Part shown: positions 36,623 through 49,403 of the stretch, piece after piece
Layout: every line of letters begins with the position of its first letter
Numbering within the stretch: position 1 is the first letter of the stretch
Assembly (NCBI RefSeq): GCF_902713615.1
Contig: NC_052156.1
Span: 141,898,404 to 141,962,403 of the forward strand
Direction of reading: 5' to 3'
DNA: 64,000 bases
DNA from: Scyliorhinus canicula
Taxonomy: Eukaryota
The notes under the pieces: generated by a model
The model's input: the letters and a program-made list of their open reading frames with translations, nothing else
The model's database searches: none
What the model was told of the DNA's origin: nothing
Position numbers and translations under genes: made by a program

Positions 36623-38665
36623 GAAGGCCAGCGTCAGGACTAACAGAGAAGTGTCAGAGTACTTTAGGCTGCACCGAGGGACCAGACAGGGCTGCCCGCT
36701 CTCCCCGCTGCTGTTTGCGCTGGCCATAGAGCCGCTGGCGATTGCGCTGAGCCGCAGAGGGATGGAAGGGGATGGTGAGGGGCGGGGTAGAACATAGGGT
36801 CTCTCTTTACGCAGACGACCTGCTCCTGTGCGTGTCGGACCCAGTGGCCGGCATGGGAAGTATACTGGGAATGTTGAGGAAGTTCGGCCAGTTTTCAGGA
36901 TACAAATTAAATACTTCCAAGAGTGAAATGTTTGTGGTACAGGTAAGGGGCCAGGAGAACAGATTGAGAGGGCTACCGTTTAGGCTGGTTGAGGAAAATG
37001 TCCGGTATTTGGGAATCCAGGTGGCACGAGACTGGGGCAGGCTGCACAAGTTAAATTTGGCCAGGGTGGTGGAGCAAATGAAGGGAGAGTTTCGGAGATG
37101 GGATGCACTCCCGCTGTCGCTGGCAGGGAGGGTGCAGACTGTAAAGATGACAGTCCTCCCTAGATTTCTGTTTGTTTTTCAGTGCCTCCCGATCTTTGTC
37201 CCACAATCCTTCTTCAAAAGAGTTAACAGGATGATCATGAGCTTTGCCTGGGCGGAAAAACCCCTGCGGGTGAAGAAGGCGATGCTGGAGAGGAACCGCA
37301 GCGAGGGAGGGCTGGCTTTGCTGAGTCTGATTAATTATTACTGGGCGGCCAACATCGCTGTGATAAGGAAGTGGATGGTGGGTACGGGGTCTATCTGGGA
37401 GCGGGTGGAGGTGGCTTCGTGCAGGGGCTCCAGCTTGGCAGCCCTGGTCACGGCTCCTCTACCGCTGCCGCCGGCCAGGTACTCCACCAGCCCGGTAGTG
37501 GTGGCGACCCTGCGGATATAGGGCCAGTGGAGGAGGCATGTAGGGGAGACGGGGGCATCGGTTTGGGCGCCAATCTGCGACAACCATCGGTTTCCCCCCG
37601 GGAGTATGGATGTGGGGTGTCGAGCATGGCGGCGGGCGGGGATGGGAAGGGTGGGCGATATGTTCCTGGAAGGGAGCTTTGCGAGTTTGAGGAGCTTGGA
37701 GGAGAAATTTGGGCTGGTAAGGGGAAACGATTTTAGGTACCTACAATTGCGGGACTTTGTTCGTAGACAGGTCCCATCTTTCCCACGCCTCCCACCAATG
37801 GGGATCCAAGACAGAATAGTTTCTAGGGGGGAAGAAGGGGAGGGTAGAGTCTCTGATATTTATAAGGTGCTCATGAGGGAGGAAGGGTCCCAGACGGAGG
37901 AACTGAAACTTAAATGGGAGGAGGAGCTAGGCGGGGAAATGGAGGACGGGCTGTGGGCAGAGGCCCTCAGTAGGGTAAATTCGACCACGACATGTGCCAG
38001 GCTCGGGCTGATTCAATTTAAGGTCGTTCACCGGGCCCACATGACGGTGGCTCGGATGAGCAAATTCTTTGGTATAGAGGACAAATGCGCTAGGTGCGCG
38101 GGAGGACCAGCGAACCACGTTCACATGTTTTGGGCATGCCCTAAGCTTAGGGGATACTGGGAGGGATTTGCGGGCGTCATGTCCTGGATGCTAAAAACAA
38201 GGGTGGCGATGGGTCTAGGGGTGGCAATTTTTGGGGTTTCGGAAGACCCGGGAGTCCAGGGGGAGAAAGAGGCCGATGTTTTGGCCTTTGCTTCCCTGAT
38301 AGCCCGGCGACGAATACTATTGGCGTGGAGGGACTCAAAGCCCCCGAAGACTGAGTTGTGGCTTGCGGACATGTCGAGTTTCCTGGGTATGGAAAAAATT
38401 AAGTTCGCCTTGAGGAGATCTGTACAGGGGTTTGCCCGGAGGTGGCAACCATTTATTGACTTCTTTGCGGGAGAGTTGAGCGTCAGCGTAGGAGGGATAA
38501 ATTGGCGGGTAGTACCGGTGGGAGAGGAGCGGGCTTGTGCAGTATGTTACGATTGAAGTATTGAATGTACATGGTGTTTGCACATTTTTGCTTTCTTTCA
38601 GTTGATGTCTGTAACTGTTTACAAAGCCAAAAACTACCTCAATAAAATTGTTTATTAAAAAAAAA
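36623..38665 (+). mobile_element. 5'-truncated L1-clade LINE (RT C-half, CCHC motif, 3' UTR, poly-A)
   Basis: [40 protein letters not shown]. One frameshift near 36750 and one in-frame TAG at 37519. AATAAA at 38641 then A-tail. TSD GAAAATGG(T/C)GCCC at 36608-36620 and 38666-38678. Confidence 0.92.
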
Positions 38666-40231
38666 GAAAATGGCGCCCGAAATCTGAGGAGAGGAAATCG
38701 ACTAAACTGTGGCCTCGGTGGGGGTGGGGGGGGGGGGAAGGGGGGGGGGGGGGAAAGGGGGGGGGGGGGGGGGGCAGCGAAACTCCCCATGGGCCAAGAA
38801 AAGATGCATACCGCCGGTGAGTAGCTGGGCTTCGAGGTTTCACAAGATAGTGAAAGATGCAATATGAATACAAGTTTTACATTCTGAGTGCCCATTGACA
38901 AACACGGGCAGACCTAACATTAGTTAGACCCTGCAGACCATGGAAAATGTCAGCCCAAACCTCTCAGAAGCCACTTTTCATTTCCCCACATGGTTCCCAG
39001 AAGTCAATGGTCAAAAGGTTTGGATGATTTTATGAAGAAATATTTAGTTATGTGTTGGCTTGCAGAGATGAAAAAGTGAATCTGTAATTTGGTGTTAGCG
39101 GCGTGGAATGCAGGGTCAAATTAGTAATCTCAGCTCTGTCACCAGAGGATTCATTAAATGTCGGGCTCTTTTCTGCAGGATGTTCTGCGGGGGGGGGGGG
39201 GGGGGGTGGAGAGACTGAGAACAAGAGTTTTCAAAACAGCACCTTGTCAGTATTAGGGGAGACTGACAAGTTTGCCAACTAAACGAGCAGATTGGAGCAG
39301 AGGAGGGACAAAGATTAAATACAATTGTGAACTTGAGGAATTTACGAGTCGTCAAAAGAAGAATTTTAAGACTGCCGAGGTTTGTGGATCATTGGAACCT
39401 CTTGCACAAAATCAACATTATCATTAAATAGTTTGAAATATTTAGGGAACATTCTCCTTTGTACCCTTCAGTGCGAAATAAAACAATTATTATTTGAGTA
39501 GGATTAAACAAGTATTTAATCAGCAATGCTGTGCATCAGATTAATTCATTGAAACATGGCAATCGGTTTCAAAGGTCAAGCTAACAGTGACTGAGCACTG
39601 TGGAATTACTGAAAGCTCAGCTATGTATTGCAGCATACATTCACTGATTCTGCTTGCAAAAATAGTTTCATTGCCATTCCGCAACAAACCAAATCTCCCA
39701 AAATATTTGACCTTGCAAACCATAATAAAGTTGAACTTTAGAAAGACAGAATTCACTTCAGCTATTTTTTAAATACATAGTTCCCTGTAGTGTTTTAATG
39801 CTAAGGGGACTGACCTTTAAGTATAGAGATCTCATGGCCAATTTTGACTCCTTTGGGTGTGGCAGTCAAAGTCCATCAGGCCACCTGCTAATTAAAATAA
39901 TTACATTACTCCAATTACCACCCCTAAAAGAAACTTCAGTGGAGGCTGAAAATGGGTTTAAACCATGGGCTTAAAAAGAAAGCAAAACCTTTGCAAACAG
40001 ACATTTTTTTTGTAAAATCTTTAATTACTGTTTTGGAAAGTCATAAACTCATTTAAAGTAAACAAGGTAATGAGGTAAGAATATGCCATGTATAAATATG
40101 TCAACTACTCTCTTATGGCATAGACTAACGTGCATGCAATTAGAGGTGTAAAGTGAGACTCCTTACTGCCAGAATATCTGCCAGTCTGGTCTCAACTGCT
40201 ACTGTGATTATTGAAGGGTGCATTTATACTT

Positions 40232-41089
40232 TGTAGCCATCTGGGATGGCCACTTACAATAAGCAACATGGATGGTCGCAAAGCATAATGGGAAAAATGG
40301 ACAATGTAAAGTTCAGGCAGGCTCAAAGCCTGAATGTATATTTGCGAGCGAAGAATCCAGACAGCATCGAAACCCCCAAGCGATTAGCATTTTGATGGCC
40401 CATCTCCGTAAGACCAAAGTTTGATACTTGAGCAACCGATACAATCCCAGACTTTTCGGCACCACTTCCTGTACTCAGGAAGCATCAACAACAGGGTCAA
40501 TGACCGCTTAGGACACGCCTGGCCATCAAGGCACTTGATTGGCTCAAATCAAATGCAGTGATCAAGAACTACCAAATTAATGGGGTCCAAACTGAAGGAC
40601 CGCCCAAAAGAGTGCGAAATTCAACAAGGATAAAGAGAGAGACCTACATGTGTTCGCTCTCTCTTGGACCTGGTGCTCTGGCAATGTCTACCTCCAATTG
40701 CAGCACCACCAGAAGCAAGTTCAAGTTCAACGTCCTCTACCAGATGGATGAGCCCAGTTGAGCAGCACTTACTTCTCCAGATCCGATAGATCCAGATTCG
40801 AACAAAGGCTACTGTTCCTCTGACCTATGCCGGGTGCCTGAAGTTAGTACAGGTTGATAGGTGTAGTTTAACTAGTAGTGTTTATGTTGCATGATAATTG
40901 TGTGTGTAAATAAAGCACCCTTGATATTGAATTAACTAACTGGTGTTTGGCTCTTTGATCGATACCCCGTTGAACGTTGTGGTGGTATCATTTGATACCT
41001 GGTGACTCTGAGCAATATAATATCGATATCTAAAGAAAGAAGGGCAGCCTTATTGATTGCCATATTAATAGCAGGTAAAAAAGGCAACA
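40232..41089 (+). mobile_element. Solo LTR (858 bp) with 4-bp TSD
   Basis: Termini TGTAGCC..GGCAACA (6/7 inverted). ACTT at 40228-40231 and 41090-41093. AATAAA at 40909, TATA-like GATAAAG near 40630. Confidence 0.8.
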
Positions 41090-41862
41090 ACTTTAACTTT
41101 AGTGTTGCATCCCACCAATGCTGTAATGATAATGAAAACACAACACAGCCTGATGTTAGGCCCCAGTATGGTACAGGTACTATGTTGTGTGAAACTCCTT
41201 AGAAAAAAACTCCTGCTTCTGTTTTGCAGTCAATTGAGGCCTTTGTGACATTCAATTTAACCTCCAAGAGCCAAATTATCTCGCTGATTGTCATGTCCTG
41301 ATGCCAGGGCTGAGAGCGGGAACCCATCCCGTTTTTTTTAGGTATCAGGACCCTGGAGTGGCACATTGCTGGTGGCAGACAATGGACAGGCCGTCACTAG
41401 GACTTCTATTCAATTCAGGAGGGGAGCCCACTCATAATTTCTTCTGCTGACGGTGACCACTACTGAGGCTGCAGCTATAAGATTGGGGCTCCTCGAAGAG
41501 CTGGTAGGTTTTTTGTGGGAATGCCAGAACTAGGTGATCAGGTGGAGAGGAGGAAAGTTGTGGTGCATTGGTCAAACCTTTGCTGCAGGGGTGGATCCCA
41601 GATGGGGCCCACAGAGATGAAGTAACCATAAAGAAGGATGCCGCCCGAGGAACCTACTGGGGTCCTGTCAGTGTTGACCTAGCAGTCCCCCCATGTGGCA
41701 GCTGGCTCTACAAATGTGGGAAAAATGCCCGCAGGAGCAGGTAGTGGACTATACTTTGACCATTAAGCAGTTCAATTGGCTGCCCAGTTGGTGGACACAT
41801 CACTAAGGTTCACGCTACTGGCAATATGTCCAATGGCAGGAAGGTGTTGTACTCCCCTCCCA

Positions 41863-42037
41863 GCCGGTTTAGCTCACAAAGCTAAATCGCTGGCTTTTAA
41901 AGCAGACCAAGCAGGCCAGCAGCACGGTTCGATTCCCGTACCAGCCTCCCCGGACAGGCGCCGGAATGTGGCGACTAGGGGCTTTTCACAGTAACTTCAT
42001 TGAAGCCTACTCGTGACAATAAGCGATTTTCATTTCA
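41863..42037 (+). mobile_element. Short tRNA-derived SINE
   Basis: Near-identical to 619-799. Confidence 0.85.
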
Positions 42038-44289
42038 CCTTCCACCACCATGTTGCCAGCTCCGCCTCCCACCCTGACCCCAGTGAGCTGGAAAAATTCA
42101 GCCCAAGAGTAGTATTAGTGCCAACTGTTTTCTCATGGACTGGGGGACATTTAAGGATTCCGAGTGGGTTCACATGTATGTTTGAGCAACAATAAAAGTG
42201 TGCAGCAAAACTGCTCTGAGAGCTCCTCAATATCGTCAAAAGTTCAGAATTCCATAGAAATAGCATGTTCTTTTTAGTGTGTTTCTTCTGGTATTTCCAA
42301 GGGCAATAATTTGAGGGTTTTTTAAGTGGAGGTTTCTGTGGTCGGAATTTTGTTTCTGAATAAAGTAAGCATGAAGTGATTTGAGTTGTGGCGAGTGTCA
42401 TGAGTGGAAAATCATATTATAAAGGTCTTGCATCAAAAATTTGAATTAAATCGGAATAATCTCCATTGGAATTCATGACCTTGTGTTTTCATTTTTTTGA
42501 GTGCTCTGCTGTTACTAATCTCCTCCATATGTGCTTGAGTATCAATAACTTTACAATACTTTTCCAAATTGTCCCACATTAACTGGAAGCCAAGACAGAG
42601 GCTGACAGACTATTTATTCCAGTGGGGGGAAGGGGTTAAAGGGAAGGCAGCAAGGAGGAGACTGGTCAAGTCCTCAGCCGACACTTTACATATATTTGCA
42701 ACAAGGATCACTGTATTGCAATAAATAAAAATAAAAAGTGCTGGAGAAACGCAGCATATGTGGAGAGAGAAACAGAGTTAAAGTTTAGGGTCCAATATGA
42801 CTCTGCATCCTAAGCAATCTGGAGAAGAGCGCCAGTTATTTTCCCCTTGTCAATCTGCGGTTCCTGGTAAAACTCTGGAATTTAGAAAATTATAAAGGAC
42901 AGTAAGGTGAAGATACTGTACTAAAAGTAGCTGACAGCCAATATGACTTTTGGGATTCTTTTGTGTTTTTAATGGGAGAGTTAAAGAAACTATTGAATAT
43001 GCTAATCTTGGGAAATAACATTCTAAACTTAAAATTAATCATAGGAGTGAATAGCCCCAAAAAGACAATGTTATCTATCTAGTTGGTCCGAGTGTCTAAG
43101 TAATATATCCCACAAAAGAGCTCATACACCTCTTCCCCCACCCTCCCAGATGTTTACCCAACTTTTTCTTGTACTTGCATATCAAATTAATCTCCTGACC
43201 TCTTTTAGCAAGTTGCTCCATACATACACCACCCTCAGCATAAATCAGTTTAACCTAAACCACCATTTCAACCTCTATCTCCTCATTTTAAAGCGTGTTG
43301 TTGAATCTGTAAGTAGCCAGTTGAATCTGTAAGTAGCCCGCCCCCTTCAGGAAAATAGTCTAGGGGCAGAGTGGAGCCTGGAAACAGCTATTTTTAGTGC
43401 CTGTCCACCTTCATTCCTGACCCGGGCAGGGGCTCGGAATCCAACCCAGACGTCGCAGTCAGTTTCAAAGGGATAATGACAGCAAATGCTTTCAGCTGTT
43501 TGGTGTTTAATCCAGGATTATATCACTGAGAATGATTTTCAATGTGGGTCTGATCTTTGGAAATATACTAAATCTCTTAAACTGCATTTTTAATTGACTT
43601 CCAACAGTGAGTCAATCAAAGGCGAAAATTTATTTTGTGTCTGTGCAAAAAAAATTAGTTTGGAAGTGAACCGCAGGGAGAAAAAGTGGTAGAGATGCAT
43701 CAGCTTTTCATTTTAATGCTCTCACAGACTTGGAAAATATTGTCCTCACAAGAATTTGGCGATGATTTGAGCTGAAAATTTATGCAATTTTACAGACAAA
43801 ATGAGCATCCCAATTGCAAATTACTGATTGTATCAGAAACACGCATCATCTGTCGTTATACACAGATTAATAATCAGCCTCTTCATGGAATACCTTCAAA
43901 GATAACCATCAATAAATTGCACTCCCTTAACACTGCCAGGAATGTACTATAGACGATTATCCATTTCCCACAGACACTAAGTGACAATCTAACACTGACA
44001 ATCTCTCACTATCCTTTATTTGTTGACGTAAACACAGGTGGTCATGGTCAGTGAATATGTCTTCAAATTATTTCTCCTACCCACCACCAAACTCTTATAT
44101 TGCTCAATGCACCATAGCCCTATTGCGCACCCATCAACAATCCAAACTCACGCCTAACATTCAGATTCTCCACCTCACCCTCACACACTTACCAAGACTG
44201 TCTGTCTCACATCCACCTCTTGCAGCTTTCGCATACATCCAGCTCTTCAGCAGGCACGTTACCCAAACACAGTACAACATACTGACATT

Positions 44290-45170
44290 CTTCCCTCTCA
44301 CTTTCCAGACATTGTTGTTCATAATGTCAGGAAGCAACACAGAAGCAATTGGGCTCAGGCATGTATCTGCTGTGACCTTTGTAGGAGACGATGCTCCACA
44401 TCACAGGGCCAACTGGGAGAAAGGCCACTCTATCTAGCATTGCTGAGAACATTCAGGATTGTGGTATGTCCCTGCCTTAAGCCTTCTAAAATCCGATTCA
44501 CTCTCAACCTGCAATGTAGTATGAAGTGAAAGATGTAGGTGATTACACACTAATTTTCTGTGTTTTTGTTTTCAGTTATCCAAGATATGCCACCTGGCCA
44601 GCCATAGAGAAGTCCAGTTCTACTTCGCACAGGGATTTGCACAGAGTTTCAAGCTCATCCTTTCCAGAGTTGAGGTGGTGACCAGCTTCACGACAGCACT
44701 AACAGACCCAACTGTGACACTGCACCTGGCGTCCGTGTCCCAGCTTCCATTACAACACAGGCAGGAGCCAGCCAATGTCTCAGTGCTTCAGCGGAAGCTC
44801 AGACTGAGGTGATGGGAGAGATGCTTGTTGCTATACAAATGCAGTTTGGTGCCATGCGAGCTCAGACTGCAGATCTCAGTGCTCCAAGGGGCAAGCAGGC
44901 TCTCACAGTACAGTAGGGCAGAAATCTGTGCTCCACTGAGACTACTGGAGCGGTCACCTCATGGGAATGGCATTGTATCCACGGCGTACAACTCTGCTGT
45001 TCTCTCTCTGAATTACATCATTCATCTACTGCCACTCTTGTCAGTGTCCCTGCTGAAACTTCTCAGCCAACCAGCCTTGTCTGCAGTCACCAATGCTTAG
45101 GCTGTGTAGTCCATAGCTAGGCCCTCAAAGCCAAGAGCTGCTCAAAGGTATCCTGCAAAGCAGGATCTGG
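44290..45170 (+). mobile_element. Old Harbinger Myb-gene relic (exon 2 onward)
   Basis: Acceptor-like ctctcactttccag followed by a DIVVHNVRKQ-like reading that resembles exon 2 at 35629. 3' segment similar to 13362-13415. Confidence 0.45.
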
Positions 45171-46619
45171 TGATCCCATTAAATAATGCTAGGGGCTGGG
45201 GAACATCTGGAAGGAGGGGGAATCTCGCGATCAGCTGAGACAACTAAAATAAGTTGTTAACAGAAACTGGGAGGTGCAATATGGCAGTTGAGCGCCAAAT
45301 CAGTGTTAAACATTGTTGGACCACTTTGCATGCTTCTGTGCATGTATGGCGCACCCGGGCTAGCATCCTTACAGTCAAGGGGTGACACAGGGGCTGCGTC
45401 AGGAGTAATCCAGCCAACCTTTTGAAATTTTGGTCTTCCGTAGCACTGCTGAAATTTTCGGCCCATATATTTGCCAGAATGAGTTGCTGGAAATACTGGC
45501 AATTAATATATTTTGTAAAAAGCTTAATTTATCCAAGTAGTCAGGGAATTGAGGTCATCCTTTGCACTCAACTGCTGTTCTACTGAGATCATTAAAGATC
45601 ACTAGTAAATTCCGGGGGGGGGGGGGGGTTGGGCGGGGTTCCTGCTGGTTCCGGGGAAGAGGAATCAGCCCTGTTTCCCCTGGAGGCCTGAGGTGTAACT
45701 TTTCAGAGTGCCTGGGAGTCTGGGTTTTGATTCACGGTTGCACGGGGGTGGACCGAGCTCTGCACTTGGTGGATATCGTGTTATCCACCTGGGGGATGGG
45801 AAATCTTCTTGTTGATTGAGCGGCCTGTTCTTCTCCTCGTTTCTGGGCACTTGGCGGACGGCAGGAAAATGTGCAGTCTGGGTTGGGTCCTGATCTTTTC
45901 GTTTTCAATGGGTTAGTTCTTGTAGCTCTTGCTCTTTTTTCCTTATTTTTCTTCTATGGGAGGCCCTGAGTGTTTGATTGTTATCCGAACATGTTGTTGC
46001 TGGTCCTCTCTCCACAAATGCATGGAATGGTTTTGGTACTGCTCTGGGCCTGGATTGGGATTAAGTTGCGTTGTATGGCATGGACGTAATTTCTCCTTAG
46101 AACTGAGGTTTTCACGTATTTTCTTTTGTTTTTCGAACGGGTGGGTATGATGAATCTGTTCATGGCTCCTACATGGGTGCAGACGGGTCTGATATCCCAG
46201 GAGAGGAGGTTGTGATGGGTTGTTGGTGCCTTTAGCGCTGCTGGGGCTGAGGGAGTTGGAGGTTGGTGCGCGCCCAATCACGTTGCGGGAAATGTATCCT
46301 GATTTTTTGTGATGATTCTGAACTTGTGCGGCATTGGAGGGGGTGTGCACCGTTTTATCACATCTTCATGACTTTATCTCCTCCTCCCTCGGTCTTTGGT
46401 GGATTTAAAAGAATATCTAGTTCTGTCTAACGATTGAATCGAGCAGTGTTGTAATGTTGTTCTGTTGTTCCATTCTGTACTCACGTATGTTAAACATTTT
46501 TCTTCTCGCTTCTTGTTGGTGTTTTATTTTGTAATATTCTTGCATTATACTCTAAAATATTGGATGGCCGAGGGATGCTGGCAGCCTTCGCATGTGGCAG
46601 GCGGGGGGAGCCACTCATA

Positions 46620-47690
46620 CGTTCTTTACAACAAAGAAGGGGATCATTCAGCCCCTCGTATCTCTGTTGGCCTTTTGAAGGAACAATTCACCTACTGCCA
46701 TTCCTCCACCCTTTCCCCTTAGTCCTACAATTTGTTCCTTTTCAGATAACAATTGAAGTCTGTTGAAAGCCACGAATGAAGCTGCCTCCACCACACCCCC
46801 AGGCATGCAGTCCAGATCCTAATCACTTGCTGCGTAAAGATGTTTTTCCTCTTGTCACTGTTGTTTCTTTTGCCAATTGCATTAAATAGATGCTCTCTAG
46901 TTCTCGATCCTTCCACCAATGGGAATTGTTTCTCCCTATCTACATGTCCAGGCATTTCAATATTTGAATACCCTGATCAACTCTCCTCTCCACCATCGAG
47001 GAGATGAGCACCAGATTCACTAATCTATATAACAGAGGATTCTTATTATGGGAACTATTCTCGTGCTTGTTTCCAATGCCTTCAAATCCTTCCCAAAGTG
47101 TGGTTTCCAGAACTGGGTGCAATACTTTGGTTGGGGCTGAACGAGCATTTTATACAGGTTTAATGTAATTTCAAGGCTTTTGTACCCTATGCCCCTATTA
47201 CAACGCCCAGGATCCCAAATGCTTTATTAACTCGTGCCTCAACCTGCCCTGCCACCTTCAATGGCTTATGCACACAAACCTTCATGTCCCTCTGCTCCTG
47301 CATCCCCTTTAAAATTGAACCCGTTAAATTATATTGCCTCTTCCTATTTGTCCTACCAAAATGAATAATATTATACTTCCCTGTATTAAATGTCATCTGC
47401 CACTTGTCTGCCCATTCCACTAAGCTGTGTTTGTCCTTTCTGAAGTTTAACACAATCCTCCTCAGAGTTCACAATTCTTCCACTTTTTGTGTCACCCGCA
47501 AATTTTGAAATTGTACCCTACACGCTAAGGTCGAAGTCATTAACACATTTAAGGAAGAGCAGGGGTCCTAACACTGACCACAGGGGAACCTCTCTATAAA
47601 CCTTCTTCCAGTCAGATAAACAACCACTAATCACTACTCCCTGTTTCCTGTCACGTATCCAATTTCATATGTATGTTGCTGTTGTCACTA
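46620..47690 (-). mobile_element. Degenerate CR1 3' fragment
   Basis: LVEWADKWQMTFN, QRDM, RVNKAFGILG, FPLVEGSRTREH..FTQQVIRIW. Confidence 0.85.
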
Positions 47691-47944
47691 ATGCGGCCCT
47701 AATAGGGGCCTTAATTATTTAAATTAGTTGCTCTCCGCCCTAGAGCCTCCAGGAACTGTATTGTAGTCAATGATTCAGGAGCTCTGCCATGTCAACACCT
47801 TCTATCCTAGTTAATGCCTTCTGGGAAATAGAGGAAAGATGGCAGCAAATTTGATTAATTTATTTTAAAAGGGAATATTTTTACGTTCAATTTGGAGTAA
47901 GAAATTATAATCTTGAATTTTGGGAGCTGCCTAATCTTATAGCC

Positions 47945-48280
47945 AATGCTAAAGGGAGGAGGAGATTTAGAGATTGCCTTAAGAAAGGGAGAAAATAAAG
48001 TCTATTAAAAAGTGAATGTAATTCACCGCAAGGACGGTGAATAGAGCAACTTGGAATGTGTATGGTGCGAATAATCATGTTTAATACAATGGAATATCTG
48101 CCCAGACTTGGATGCAATAATAGGTAATTACAAGAGATACACCCGTGACAGAATGAGTCAGATAATTACAAAGCATGAATAGTAAGCTGCTGCATTCTCT
48201 AGACGAAGAGCGGTTTGAGGAAGAATGTGCCTTTCTCTTTGGTTGATTTAATTATGAACCTAGTTGGGCAATTTATTACT
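47945..48280 (+). mobile_element. Highly degraded CR1-like AP endonuclease relic
   Basis: Ordered fragments KGGG, ECVWCE, IIGNYKR, FG*FNY..W parallel the CR1 motifs KGGGVA, ESVWVE, GVYYRPP, GDFN..DW. Confidence 0.5.
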
Positions 48281-48686
48281 CTCAAGATGAAGAAGTTACA
48301 TTAATAAGTTCTCAGGCAGTAGGAGATACTAATCAGAAAAATGGCAAAATTAAATTCCTCTGCCTCTCGGCAATTCTAATTTTACACTTTAAATTTTGTA
48401 TGCACACCATGTCCCATAATAAAAAGGATATTAACTGGAATGCTGAACCCTGCTAATTTTTGGCATCGACAATATCCTGGGGACATTGTATTCCACTTCC
48501 AACAATGCCACAGATATAGTCAAACCCTAATGCTTTCCTAAATCCATGATATTTGGTTAGAACCAATACACATAATAGCATTGATATTATTACATTACAG
48601 GATCACATGCCTTGTAACTTGTACATGTTGCAATGTTTAGATTTCGAACAGCTTTGCATTTCCTTATGGCTGATGTGTAAAAACAA

Positions 48687-49403
48687 GGCCGGGATTCTGT
48701 CCTACCCGGCGGGGAGGAGGGTCCAGGCGTAGCGGAGTGTCGCCAACCATTCCGGCGTCGGGCCTCCCTAAAGGTGCGGAGTAAGGGGCTAGGCCCGCGC
48801 CGCAGTGGTTTCCACTCTGCCGGCCGGTGCCAAAACTGGTGCCAACGGCCTTTGGTGCTATGCCGCCTGGTGTCGGGGCTGGCCGAAAGGCCTTCGCCAG
48901 TCCGTGCATGCGCTGGTGTATCAGCAGCTGCTGACGTCACCACCGGCGCATGCGCGGTGGGGGGGGTCTCTTCCGTCTCTGCCATGGTAGAGGCCGTGGC
49001 GGCGGAAGAAAAAGAGTGCCCACATGTCACAGGCCCACTCGCCGATCGGTGGGCCACGATCGCAGGCCAGGCCACCGTGGGGGCACCCCTCGGCGTCCGA
49101 TCGCCCCGCGCCCCCCCCAGGACCCTGGGGGCCTGCTCGCGTCGCCAATCCCGCCGGCACCAGAGGTGGTTTAAACCACGTCGGCGTGATTGGCCTGTCA
49201 GTGGCGGGACTTCAATCCCATCGCGTGCTGGAGAATTGCCGCGGGGGTACCCCAATCGGCGCGGGGGGCACGCCGATCGGCGGGGCGCGATTCCCGCACC
49301 CGCCAATTCACGGGTGGCGGAGAATTCCGGCCACGGCGGGGACGGGATTTACGCCGGCCCCTGGCAATTCTCCGACCCTGCGGGGGTTCGGAGAATTCCG
49401 CCC
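48687..49403. mobile_element. Harbinger-type MITE, followed directly by the 3' half of an HE1 SINE (49405-49576)
   Basis: Ends GGCCGGGATTCT / GGAGAATTCCGCCC, GCGCATGCGC core. SINE tail ends in TTCTATGATTCTATGA. Confidence 0.8.

Noticed and set aside
42030-42401. 123-aa - strand ORF with an acceptor-like site near 42356
   Set aside because: No donor found, it runs into repeat-derived sequence, and no homologue was recognised.
43300-43339. 20-bp tandem duplication GTTGAATCTGTAAGTAGCC(A/C)
   Set aside because: Two adjacent copies with no spacer, so an ordinary local duplication and not a CRISPR or functional array.
48175-48360. INPP5A-like peptide (ERFEEECAFLFG*FNY..DTN)
   Set aside because: Upstream KGGG, ECVWCE and IIGNYKR fragments fit a decayed CR1 AP endonuclease, which shares the GDFN motif of the same superfamily.
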